From a virus (Duplodnaviria; Heunggongvirae; Uroviricota; Caudoviricetes), in the IMG/VR virus record IMGVR_UViG_3300042940_001739: a stretch of 64,000 nucleotides of DNA. The stretch is one strand, 5' to 3'. This document shows, in pieces, positions 28,530-38,794 of the stretch. Within the stretch, counting starts at the first letter, position 1, and every line of letters starts with the position of its first letter. The position numbers were made by a program, and so were the translations under genes. A model generated the notes under the pieces. The model made no database searches, was not told where the DNA came from, and saw only the letters and a program-made list of their open reading frames with translations.

Positions 28530-29012
28530 ATGGCAAAAAATCATTGGCACAGCGCTGGGAACACTAAACGTTCTGAAGCATATAAATACGGATATAAATC
28601 AGGATTAGAACATACTGTAGCAGAGCAAATAAAAAGTTTTGAATATCCTTTGAATTACGAAACAGAAACATTAAATTATATAGTACCAGAGCGTAAAGCA
28701 AAATATACGCCTGACTTCGTATTTACTAAACGAGATGGTACATTAATGTTAGTTGAAACAAAAGGACGATGGACCGCGGTTGACCGTTTAAAAATGAAAC
28801 ATGTTTTAGCATCTAATCCTGGAATCGATATTCGAATGGTATTTCAATCTCCCAATCAAAAAATATCAAAAGGTAGCAAAACTACATATGAAGCTTATGC
28901 AAATAAACTAGGAATAATTCATGTTGCTAAAAAAGATATTCCTGCAGAATGGTTCGCTGAATGTTTAAAAGATGGCGAAGTTCCTAAGACAATTAAAACT
29001 TTTTTTGGATAA
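28530..29012 (+). CDS. T7 endonuclease I-like Holliday junction resolvase
   Basis: YKSGLE, YTPDF, VETKGRW, DRLKMK, DIRMVF PD-(D/E)xK motifs. Confidence 0.9.
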   Translation: MAKNHWHSAGNTKRSEAYKYGYKSGLEHTVAEQIKSFEYPLNYETETLNYIVPERKAKYTPDFVFTKRDGTLMLVETKGRWTAVDRLKMKHVLASNPGIDIRMVFQSPNQKISKGSKTTYEAYANKLGIIHVAKKDIPAEWFAECLKDGEVPKTIKTFFG

Positions 29013-29165
29013 TGGTTTGATTTGTGAAAAATTTTTAATATATTCATGAATAATTAATGAAATTTATTTAATTAATAGATTATTTGAAAATGATTCATTT
29101 TTAAATGATCGTTATGACAGTAATGAAATGTATGTTCATAACTAATTATTATTTATATTATTAAA

Positions 29166-29194
29166 TTGGAATCGAACTAGAAATTCATTATATT
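29166..29194 (+). promoter_or_regulatory. Putative host-RNAP early/middle promoter TTG(G/A/T)-N18-19-TAT(A/T)(A/T)T, representative copy
   Basis: Same spacing at 356, 3462, 4464, about 8298, 9744, 29017, 29166, 46859, 60465, 63805. Confidence 0.6.
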
Positions 29195-29201
29195 AATATT
29201 A

Positions 29202-30146
29202 ATGAAGAATCTTAAGTTATTACAATTATTAGAATCAGTATTAGGTAAAGGTAAACCTACTTCAGGTGATAATATCGCATTCTTCTCTCCATTTGTTTCG
29301 CATTACAAACCTAAATTAGAAATTAATATCAATACCAATCATGCTGGTGAAAATACTTGGCATTGTTGGATATCAGATAAAAAAGGTCGTAGTATTGCTA
29401 CTTTATTTAAGCAATTAAACTTATCTAAAGAAAAGTTCGAACAACTTAATCGAATCATTGAAACAACACGATATCGTTCAAAAGATTCTGGCACTGAAAA
29501 ACAAGAAATAATTCAATTGCCAGAAGAATATCGTCCATTATGGATTAAAAAATTAACTCCTGATTACAGAAATGCAATTCATTATTTAACTAATCGAGGA
29601 ATAACTATTTTTGATATTATCAAGTATAGAATCGGTTATTGTGAATCAGGAGAATATGCTGGCAAGATTATAATTCCAAGTTATAATGCAGCGGGTCAAT
29701 TAAATTATTTTGTTAGTAGAGCTTTTTATAAAGCAGATACACAAAAACATAAAAATCCGAAAATTTCAAAAGACATCATTGGGTTTGAAATGTTTATTAA
29801 TTGGGCAGAACCAATTATTTTATGTGAAGGTTCATTTGATGCAATTTCAATTAAAAGAAATGCAATTCCATTATTTGGAAAAATTATTCAGCCTGCACTA
29901 CAGAAAAAAATCATTGAAGAACGCGTTAGAAACATTTATATTTGTTTAGATGCAGATGCGTTAAAAAATGCAATTCAAATTGCAGAGCGTTTTATGGGTG
30001 AAGGTTTAAATGTATATTTCGTTGAATTAAAAAACGAAGATGCATCGGAATTAGGATTTAAAAAAATTACAGAAATATTAGCAGATACCGACGTTTTAAC
30101 ATTCGAAGGGCTAATGCAATTAAAAATGGGAATGCTATGGGCATAA
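29202..30146 (+). CDS. DNA primase (DnaG-like, TOPRIM)
   Basis: YLTNRGI, YRIGYC, IIIPSY, YFVSR, ILCEGSFDAI, ICLDADA, DASE motifs. Confidence 0.9.
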   Translation: MKNLKLLQLLESVLGKGKPTSGDNIAFFSPFVSHYKPKLEININTNHAGENTWHCWISDKKGRSIATLFKQLNLSKEKFEQLNRIIETTRYRSKDSGTEKQEIIQLPEEYRPLWIKKLTPDYRNAIHYLTNRGITIFDIIKYRIGYCESGEYAGKIIIPSYNAAGQLNYFVSRAFYKADTQKHKNPKISKDIIGFEMFINWAEPIILCEGSFDAISIKRNAIPLFGKIIQPALQKKIIEERVRNIYICLDADALKNAIQIAERFMGEGLNVYFVELKNEDASELGFKKITEILADTDVLTFEGLMQLKMGMLWA

Positions 30147-33100
30147 AAAAGATTGACATCGGAATTGATAAAATTGATAAAATTTATCATGTTTCAGATA
30201 TACATATTCGAACATTGAAACGACATACGGAATATCGTGAAGTTTTTAAAAACATGTTTGACTATATTGAATCAAATCGAACTGCAAATAGTATTGCGGT
30301 AGTTACTGGGGATATTGTTCATAGCAAATTAGATATGTCTCCGGAGCTAGTTCAAATGCTTGTTGACTTTTTTAATGGATTCAAATTACCTACAATTGTT
30401 ATTCTAGGTAATCACGACATGAACTTGAACAATATGCATCGAATAGATGCTGTTAGTCCTATTTTAGATGTAATTCAAAACAATAATATCATCTTTATCA
30501 AAGAAAATGGTTTGTTTGAATGTGGAGGAGCTGTATGGAATCATATGGCGGTAGATGTTGCACCAACTGAATATATTCTAGCAAAAGACTTTGATGCATC
30601 TTATAAAATAGCAATGCACCATGGAGCTGTTAATACTGCAAAGACTGATATTGGATATCAAATTTCAAATGAGCATGTAACTACAGAATTATTCAAAGGA
30701 CATGACATTACATTATTAGGAGATATTCATAAGCCAGCACAATTTTTAGATGATGAAAAAACAATTGCATATCCAGGGTCATTAATTCAACAAAATCACG
30801 GGGAAGCATTAGATCATGGTATTTTGGTTTGGGATATCGAATCACGTCGTGCTGATTTTGTTGAAATACAAAATGATTACGGATATGTTACATTAGAAGT
30901 GGATGACACTAAAATAATTAAGTCACCACATCGAATGCCTAACAAACCACGTGTTAGAATTAAATTCAACGAAACAAGTGCAGCAGATATGAAAAAGCTG
31001 ATTGCAACGATTCGTAAAAAATACAATGTTCAAGACATTACGATTCAACGTAGCACTACCGGACCTGACACATCAGTTTCATCGTCATTTACAATTGGTA
31101 ATGTTCGTGACGTAGAATATCAAAATACATTGATTACTGATTATATTTCAATTAATCATCCACAAGCAACTCCAGAAGAGACTGATGCTATTAGACATAT
31201 TAATAGAACAATAAATTCTAAATTGCCAGCAGTTGAATCAGTTCGTCACATGACATGGCACCCAGTTCAATTTGAATTTGAAAACATGTTTTCATATGGC
31301 GAGAACAATTTAATTAATTTTGAAAATTTACAAGATGTATGTGGTTTATTTGCTGCAAATACAAGTGGTAAATCTTCATTGCTAGATGCAATTACTTATA
31401 CAATATTTGATAAATGTAGTAAAACTGGTAAAGCTCATGAAGTTTTAAACAACAAGAAAGATCGATTTAAAGGTAAATTTACTTTTGAAATGAACGGCGT
31501 GAATTATACAATTGAACGTACTGGTATCAAACAAAAGAATGGTCATGTTAAAGTATTAGTAGACTTTTATACTGAAACTGAAAATTTGAATGGGGAAGAA
31601 CGAAGTGATACTAATAAATCAATTCGTCGTTACTTAGGCACATATGATGATTTTATTTTAACTGCATTTTCACTTCAAGCAGATAATAATAACTTTATTG
31701 AAAAGTCTCAACGTGAACGAAAAGACTTATTATCACAATTTTTAGATATTACAGTATTTGAACAACTTTATCAATTAGCATCAGATGAAATTAAAGAAAC
31801 TGCTGGTAAATTAAAATCATACAAGAAAACGGATTTTGATGTTATTATCAATGATGCTGATACTATTATTTCAAACAACCAACAAGATATAACTTCATTA
31901 GAAACTGAAGAAGATGAGTTGCAAGAAAAACGCAATGATTATCAAAATGAAATTGTAGACTTAATTCAAACAAAACAACCAACTACATATTCAGGACCGA
32001 ATATTGATCAATTAACTAAAATTGAAACTGAGTTAACTAAAAAAATATCACAACTACAAAGTGATATAGAAACGTCAGAAACAAATTTAGAGTCATTAAC
32101 AAATGAATATTTAATCATTAAAAGAGATAAGCGCCGATACAATGAAACAGACTTATCAGATAAACTTCAACAATTAGAAAAACTCGAAAAGGAATTAGCA
32201 CAGATAGATTCGAGTATTAAAAAACAACAAGGAATTATCAATGCAAAACAAGAAAAAATTAATCACCTTTCCGACCATGAATATGATCCGAACTGCAAAT
32301 ACTGTACATCTAACGTTTTTGTGCAAAATGCAATTGAAGCACAGAACACGATTGGTGCGGATAGAGACATATTGACTGAATTGTCTGAACAACAATTACA
32401 ATTAAAATCAACGATACAAACATATTCGACAGTTAGAATAGATAATGATGCATTAGCAACATTAAAACAAAAACATGAAACAAAACGTATAACAATTGAA
32501 AAACAAGAATTGCAAATTCAAATTATTGAGAATGAATTGCAAACTCGTGAATCAGAATTAGAAACATGTTTAGAACGTCAAGAATCATTTAAAGCTAATG
32601 CTAGTGCAATTACACATAATGAAGTTATTGATAAAAAGATTGATACATTAAAAACATCAATTGAATCAGCAACAAGTCAAATAAAAACTATTACAGATAC
32701 AATTCGTAGCAAACACGGCCGTATTGAAGTTGCAAAAACAACTAAAAAATCTGCAATTGAATCATTAGACAAATACAAACAACTTGAAACTGAATACAAA
32801 GCATTTGAATATTATTTAGATTCAGTTAAGCGTGATGGCGTACCATATGAATTGATTGCTAAGGCAATGCCTAAGATAGAATCTGAAATTAACAATGTTT
32901 TAAACCAAGTTGTTGATTTTAATATGGTATTGCAAAGTGATGGAAAAAACATTAATGGGTATATCATTTATGATGATGAAAACTATTGGCCATTAGAATT
33001 AACATCAGGTATGGAACGATTTATTAGTTCATTAGCAATACGTATTGCATTAATCAATGTATCAGCATTACCACGCCCTAATTTCATTGCAATAGATGAA

Positions 33101-33277
33101 GGATGGGGAAGTTTAGATGCAGAACATATTTCAGCAGTTGTTAATCTTTTTGATTATTTCCGTACGAAGTTTGATTTTTCAATTATCATTTCACACGTTG
33201 ACACAATGCGTGATATGGTAGATAATTTAATAGAAGTAAATAAAATAAATAAATTTAGCCAGATTCAACACGTTTAA
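30137..33277 (+). CDS. Fused Mre11/SbcD nuclease - Rad50/SbcC ATPase (gp47-gp46-like)
   Basis: SDIHIR, GDIVH, GNHD, HHG, GDIHK; then AANTSGKSS Walker A, coiled coil with CKYC hook, TSGMERF signature, IAIDEGWGSLD Walker B/D-loop, IISH. Confidence 0.92.
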   Translation: MGIKKIDIGIDKIDKIYHVSDIHIRTLKRHTEYREVFKNMFDYIESNRTANSIAVVTGDIVHSKLDMSPELVQMLVDFFNGFKLPTIVILGNHDMNLNNMHRIDAVSPILDVIQNNNIIFIKENGLFECGGAVWNHMAVDVAPTEYILAKDFDASYKIAMHHGAVNTAKTDIGYQISNEHVTTELFKGHDITLLGDIHKPAQFLDDEKTIAYPGSLIQQNHGEALDHGILVWDIESRRADFVEIQNDYGYVTLEVDDTKIIKSPHRMPNKPRVRIKFNETSAADMKKLIATIRKKYNVQDITIQRSTTGPDTSVSSSFTIGNVRDVEYQNTLITDYISINHPQATPEETDAIRHINRTINSKLPAVESVRHMTWHPVQFEFENMFSYGENNLINFENLQDVCGLFAANTSGKSSLLDAITYTIFDKCSKTGKAHEVLNNKKDRFKGKFTFEMNGVNYTIERTGIKQKNGHVKVLVDFYTETENLNGEERSDTNKSIRRYLGTYDDFILTAFSLQADNNNFIEKSQRERKDLLSQFLDITVFEQLYQLASDEIKETAGKLKSYKKTDFDVIINDADTIISNNQQDITSLETEEDELQEKRNDYQNEIVDLIQTKQPTTYSGPNIDQLTKIETELTKKISQLQSDIETSETNLESLTNEYLIIKRDKRRYNETDLSDKLQQLEKLEKELAQIDSSIKKQQGIINAKQEKINHLSDHEYDPNCKYCTSNVFVQNAIEAQNTIGADRDILTELSEQQLQLKSTIQTYSTVRIDNDALATLKQKHETKRITIEKQELQIQIIENELQTRESELETCLERQESFKANASAITHNEVIDKKIDTLKTSIESATSQIKTITDTIRSKHGRIEVAKTTKKSAIESLDKYKQLETEYKAFEYYLDSVKRDGVPYELIAKAMPKIESEINNVLNQVVDFNMVLQSDGKNINGYIIYDDENYWPLELTSGMERFISSLAIRIALINVSALPRPNFIAIDEGWGSLDAEHISAVVNLFDYFRTKFDFSIIISHVDTMRDMVDNLIEVNKINKFSQIQHV

Positions 33278-33305
33278 TATTTATATAAAAGAATATTAAG
33301 GTGTA

Positions 33306-36230
33306 ATGAAGCGTAAAGAAGCAGTTTATAAAGGACTACAGTTCAATGATGTATGGTTTACTGATACATCGCTAACTTCTCCTGATTATTTTCAAATTTC
33401 AGAATTTCCAAACAAATTAACAGCAGGTAAAAATTTATTTAAACTGCGAGGTCATCCTACTAATTTAAAAGTGGGTGGATATTTGAATATTGAAGTTTTA
33501 GATTACAATGGCGATCCTATTTATCATCAAATAGTTGATTACATTGATGAAGATAAAAGCCGTGTAATTGCAATTTATATTTATGAAGATACTTCACCGG
33601 GAGATTGTGTTGTAACGTTAACAGCTGAAGCAGTAAATGTTCCACAAGAATGGCAAGGACGTGCTAATATTAAATGGATGCGTCAAGTTCCAGTTAATCC
33701 TAATGTTTCTAATGATTCAGAAATTATTTTTGAGACATTACCAACTGTAACTATTACAGAACAAGTAGGCACACAATTAGATAGAACATTCCCAGGAGGT
33801 AATCAATTCCCAACATATTCTACAGGAACGGTTAAGTATTATTTATATAATAATCAGCCGGCAATAGAATTAAATGGCGGATCATTTACTTCTGATATGT
33901 CGACAGGGACAATAACAGTTGCTACACCTATTAATGCACTTCCTACGGCAACATATATTCCGTCTACTACTAGTTATAGCTCAACCATTAAAAAGATCTT
34001 ATCTCCGAGCCTAGCTTTATTAGATTCGATGTATACAGTGTATAGTAGCCAAAGTATTTCAGCTCATACATATTCTTCATTTGATGCATCATCATATAGT
34101 TTAGCATATGAAGCTACTCCAACATATACTCCAACTGAAAATTCCGAGTCATTTGCATTAATTCAAATATCAGGATTACAACCAGCAACTGGCGATGTTT
34201 CTAGAATTAAAACATTCATGAACAATAACGGACAAGTTGGAACATGGGAATTGATTAATGATATTGAGCTAACAGAAACGGAAATATTTGTAGCAAATAC
34301 AGCATCATTATATCCTGACACTAGTATTGGTTCATTTACAAGTCAAAGCATAATCAATACATATTGGGAAGCACATACATATCAAGGACTTACAGAAACT
34401 ACCGCGCCTACATTAACATGGACTACAAGCTCAATTAGCAATGCAATGTCAATTGTTAGTGCAACTGATATTACGGCACCAAATGCAGTTCATTCAATAC
34501 AAATCAAAGATGCATTTAAAGGTATTTTTATTAAAGATGCTTCTTATAAAATAACATTAGATGCACTCGGAATTAAATCAGGAACACAAGATGCTAAATT
34601 ATCAGTATATTTATCTGGTAGTGCATTTGATTTTGAGTCAACTGATTATTTCAATCAAGAACTACCAACAACATTAGGTAAACGAATTGGAGATATCTCA
34701 GTTAATACCGTAGAACAACGTTTTGACGATTATGTATTTAATTTTGAAGCTTCTAATAACGGAACAGCTGTCTTAATTCTAGTTGTTGAATCAGGAACAT
34801 GGCAAGTTGCTGATATAAGAACAACATCAGATAATGATGCGGGATATACGCCTGATTATACTAGAATAAGAAGCTTAGTTCCAACAGCACATAAATCAAA
34901 CAATCAACTTACATTTAAAATTGAATATTATAATTTTGCAGGAGTAAAAAGCAAACAAATCAATTATCTTTACAATAAAAATTGGGAAGGTGGTAATCGA
35001 TATGTTGATGGCGAATATTCTATGCTTACTGGTTCACTTTATGTTGCAGACTCATTAGAATCAGGAATTGCAATATCCGGATATTCAAATAGCGGATTCA
35101 TTCGTTCATTAGGATATGAAGGTTTTAACTCAGGATTTCCTGGATTCTTATTATGGTCTGGATCTGCACTAAATGGCCAACTAACAAAATATGGAAATGC
35201 ATATAGTGGTGTAGGATTAGAATTATATCTAAATACGTCAAGCTATTTTAGATATTCAACTTCAGATAGTGAAATTGATATTCGAACTAAAACGTTTTTC
35301 TTTGGAAATCCTACAACTACATTTATAAGTGGTAGTAATGGATTACTACAAATATCATCTAGTAATTTTTTATTAAGTAGTTCAGGAGATGTTGTCGCAA
35401 ATAATGCAACATTTACAGGTACCGCACAAGCAAATGTTATCTTAGATAAAAGTGTAAGAATAACAACATCTAATTCATCTAGTTATTTACAGTCATTTAC
35501 TATGCCAAATGGTACACAAACTGGATATCGTTTAGTATTAGATGGAACGTTAAGTGGACAGATTATTAGAAAAGTAGAAATACAGTGTACATTATTATAT
35601 CCAATTGGAGAAATAAAAACTCCAGTTATTGGTACAACTAAAAAATTAGACGTAACGATTACTGGATTAAACTCTGCAGGAGTAACCATGTATGATAGAT
35701 TTAAACCAAATCCATCTGGTTTAATTCCTGTTACATATCAAACAGTTTATATTGGCAATCAAGACTCAATAATAATGTCAGTTTTCGCCCCGGATGAAGC
35801 ATATTATATTGGAGGCACATTTAATCCATATAGTTTTTTAATATCTGGATCATTAGAAGTAATGACTCAAATTAATACACCTACAGTTAATTTATCTAGT
35901 TTCTTACGATATTCGGGCGACACACCTATATTAACTGCATCAACATCATTCGTTGGAGGCTTATCTGGATCATTAATATTAGTAGACACGACAACATCTG
36001 CAGTAACAATTACATTACCAACCGGCCTTAGTACTTCGTTCGGCCGTACATCTATAATAATTAAAAAAGTCGGTGGATCGAATACATTAACAATCGATCC
36101 AAATCTATCAACTCCAATTGATGGTGCACTAACAAAATCTACTACTAACACATATGCTTCAATTGAATTGTTATATATTAATACAACATATGATTATCAA
36201 ATATTAAATGCATACGGAACCTGGACATAA
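33306..36230 (+). CDS. Large tail/baseplate-associated structural protein
   Basis: S/T/G-rich beta protein; C-terminal LVDTTTSAVTITLP...IKKVGGSNTLTI...IDG fibre-tip-like domain; late-type motif at 33277. Confidence 0.65.
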   Translation: MKRKEAVYKGLQFNDVWFTDTSLTSPDYFQISEFPNKLTAGKNLFKLRGHPTNLKVGGYLNIEVLDYNGDPIYHQIVDYIDEDKSRVIAIYIYEDTSPGDCVVTLTAEAVNVPQEWQGRANIKWMRQVPVNPNVSNDSEIIFETLPTVTITEQVGTQLDRTFPGGNQFPTYSTGTVKYYLYNNQPAIELNGGSFTSDMSTGTITVATPINALPTATYIPSTTSYSSTIKKILSPSLALLDSMYTVYSSQSISAHTYSSFDASSYSLAYEATPTYTPTENSESFALIQISGLQPATGDVSRIKTFMNNNGQVGTWELINDIELTETEIFVANTASLYPDTSIGSFTSQSIINTYWEAHTYQGLTETTAPTLTWTTSSISNAMSIVSATDITAPNAVHSIQIKDAFKGIFIKDASYKITLDALGIKSGTQDAKLSVYLSGSAFDFESTDYFNQELPTTLGKRIGDISVNTVEQRFDDYVFNFEASNNGTAVLILVVESGTWQVADIRTTSDNDAGYTPDYTRIRSLVPTAHKSNNQLTFKIEYYNFAGVKSKQINYLYNKNWEGGNRYVDGEYSMLTGSLYVADSLESGIAISGYSNSGFIRSLGYEGFNSGFPGFLLWSGSALNGQLTKYGNAYSGVGLELYLNTSSYFRYSTSDSEIDIRTKTFFFGNPTTTFISGSNGLLQISSSNFLLSSSGDVVANNATFTGTAQANVILDKSVRITTSNSSSYLQSFTMPNGTQTGYRLVLDGTLSGQIIRKVEIQCTLLYPIGEIKTPVIGTTKKLDVTITGLNSAGVTMYDRFKPNPSGLIPVTYQTVYIGNQDSIIMSVFAPDEAYYIGGTFNPYSFLISGSLEVMTQINTPTVNLSSFLRYSGDTPILTASTSFVGGLSGSLILVDTTTSAVTITLPTGLSTSFGRTSIIIKKVGGSNTLTIDPNLSTPIDGALTKSTTNTYASIELLYINTTYDYQILNAYGTWT

Positions 36231-36254
36231 TATATTTATATAAAAAGAAATAAA

Positions 36255-38768
36255 ATGGATAAAATAACAGTACTTTTTCCTGGTGGGTTTAAACCATTAA
36301 CTGGTGCACATCTCGAACTAGCAAATAGATATGCACAAGCTGCAGACGTAGAAAAAGTAATTTTATTGATAGGTGAAAAACCTAGAGAAGAAATTACTCG
36401 TGAAAAAACTATAGAAATTTTTAATTTATTAAATTCAAATTCACAAATTGAAATACAACCTACACAGTTCAATTCTCCAATCATGGCGGCATATGAATAT
36501 TTATTTGCCTTGCCAGAAGATGCTCAAGGACGTTATGCCATGGCTGCATCAACTAAAGGAGATGATTATGTACGAGCAAAAGATTTTGTTCCTAATGTAG
36601 ACAAGTACATAACAATTGGAGATAAAAAAGGTCGTACAATTCCGCGCGGTGTTAATGCAGTAGAATTAAGCATTGACATTGATCCATTACTTTATCCAAA
36701 CGGCGAACCTATTTCAGCATCAACGATTAGAGCTGCATTAGCAAATAATGATTATGCAACATTTCGTGCTTCATATCCAATGCAAAATGATGCTGAAGTT
36801 AAAAATGTTTGGCAAATATTAAAAGGCGTTCAAGAATCTACAATGTTTAGCACCGATTGGTGGGTGTCATCATTAACTGAAGATGTTAATGAAGTTATTG
36901 AAGCAATAATGAATCCAAAAGAAAAAAATCGTCATGATTCGAAAATGAAACAACTTCGTTCATTTTTAGAAAAACATCGAGGACAAGAATTTGTATATGA
37001 TTTTGACCAATTTGCAAAGACAGTAGCTGGAGCTAAACTTATTGAAAATGTAATTACAGAAAATTATATTACACGCGACGAGTTAGCATCATTAGAACCA
37101 GCAATTGACAATTTCTTTAAAGAATATGGAATAGATGTTGATTTCCAAGGTAAATACACGCACTTTATTGAACGATTAAATGACCCTAGAAATGAAGCTC
37201 CTATATATATGGATGAATTGAAAGATTTGTTCCAAGATCTAGCAGATGAATATGGAGACCAAATTGCACAACAATTACAAGCTAACCGTCCAACAGCAAT
37301 TGAATCAGATTATCAATTTGATATTCCAATACATATGCCGTTCATGTTGCAATGGAATTCACGTAAAAATATGATTGAACTAATTCCTAGAACAATTAAA
37401 AAACAACGTAAAACTTGGCAACAAAACGATCCTAATGATGTTATTTATAAAATTGAATCATTAATGCGTGAAGATTATAATCCTGCAGGAAACCTTATTA
37501 AAGAGGGTGGAGCCGCAGGCCATATGGCACATCCGTGGGATGATCACGGATTAACATTTAATGATATGAAAGAAATTGTTTCGAGAGGTTTAGCAGGACG
37601 ATTAGATATTGAACAATCGGTAACTGAAAAGACTGATGGACAAAATATTCAAATTACATGGAAAAACGGAGAAATTGGTTTTGCTAGAAATAAAGGAACT
37701 GTAATTAATCCTATGACAACTCCACAAATTATTGCAGATTTCGAACGCAAGTATCAAGAAGCTGTTGCAAAGAATGGAGTGGAAGCATCGGAAGGATATA
37801 AACAAGTAGTTGATGCATATCGTGCTTGTGCGGAAGATTTAACAGAATCTTTAAGAAGTATCCCAGAAGAAAAATTAAATCAAATATTCAAAAATGGACG
37901 AGTATTTGCTAACATGGAAATAATTTATCCTGCTACAAAAAATGTAATTGCATATGATAAAGCTCATTTACAATTTCATAATTTAGTTGAATACGATGAA
38001 CGAGGTGTAACGGTTGAGACTGATTTAACTGGAGGCGCAATGATGCAACAAGTTATTCAAGATGCTAATGCACATATGCAAAAAACATTTTCATTTATTC
38101 CTCCACAACGTATTAAATTAGGCCGTGTATATGATTTTGAAGATCAACAAGCTGCATTCTTTAATGAGATTGATCAATTACAACAACAATTCAATCTTAA
38201 TGATACAGATATGATTAGCGAATATCATAAAGCGTGGTGGCGAGATGTAATTTCAACAAAAGCTCAACAACTAGGATACGATATCCCAGAAGATATGTTA
38301 ACAACATTGATATATCGTTGGTCATTTGATGACAAATCAAAAAATATCTCAGTATTGAAAAAAGAAATTGAGAACCCAGAATTTTTAGCTTGGGTAAGTG
38401 AATTTGATAAAAAAGATTTTAAACAATATAAAAAACAAAACCTCGAACCATTTGAATCAATCTTTTTAAGATTAGGAGTAGTTGTATTACAAAATGCAGA
38501 AAACTTCTTAGCAGCAAATCCAGATAAAACAGTGCAAGATATTAAAACTGAATTAGCTCAACTTATCAAAGATTTACAAGCAAAGAATGATCCTGCTACA
38601 ATACAAAAATTAGAGCACGAACTTCGACGCATACAAAAATTAGGAGGGTTTAATTCAATTGTACCATCAGAAGGAGTAGTATTTACATTCCAAGGTAATA
38701 CTTACAAAATGACAGGTGCATTTGCACCGGTGAATCAACTACTAGGGGTATTAAAGTACGCAAGGTAA
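36255..38768 (+). CDS. Multi-domain protein: HIGH-family nucleotidyltransferase + unknown/RNase-like domain + ATP-dependent ligase-like domain
   Basis: FPGGFKPLTGAH and ISASTIR; THFIERLNDPRN; GGAAGHMAHPWDD, EKTDG (motif I), NMEII, EGVVF, YKMTG. Confidence 0.7.
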   Translation: MDKITVLFPGGFKPLTGAHLELANRYAQAADVEKVILLIGEKPREEITREKTIEIFNLLNSNSQIEIQPTQFNSPIMAAYEYLFALPEDAQGRYAMAASTKGDDYVRAKDFVPNVDKYITIGDKKGRTIPRGVNAVELSIDIDPLLYPNGEPISASTIRAALANNDYATFRASYPMQNDAEVKNVWQILKGVQESTMFSTDWWVSSLTEDVNEVIEAIMNPKEKNRHDSKMKQLRSFLEKHRGQEFVYDFDQFAKTVAGAKLIENVITENYITRDELASLEPAIDNFFKEYGIDVDFQGKYTHFIERLNDPRNEAPIYMDELKDLFQDLADEYGDQIAQQLQANRPTAIESDYQFDIPIHMPFMLQWNSRKNMIELIPRTIKKQRKTWQQNDPNDVIYKIESLMREDYNPAGNLIKEGGAAGHMAHPWDDHGLTFNDMKEIVSRGLAGRLDIEQSVTEKTDGQNIQITWKNGEIGFARNKGTVINPMTTPQIIADFERKYQEAVAKNGVEASEGYKQVVDAYRACAEDLTESLRSIPEEKLNQIFKNGRVFANMEIIYPATKNVIAYDKAHLQFHNLVEYDERGVTVETDLTGGAMMQQVIQDANAHMQKTFSFIPPQRIKLGRVYDFEDQQAAFFNEIDQLQQQFNLNDTDMISEYHKAWWRDVISTKAQQLGYDIPEDMLTTLIYRWSFDDKSKNISVLKKEIENPEFLAWVSEFDKKDFKQYKKQNLEPFESIFLRLGVVVLQNAENFLAANPDKTVQDIKTELAQLIKDLQAKNDPATIQKLEHELRRIQKLGGFNSIVPSEGVVFTFQGNTYKMTGAFAPVNQLLGVLKYAR

Positions 38769-38794
38769 TATTTATATAAAATAAGGATATTGAA

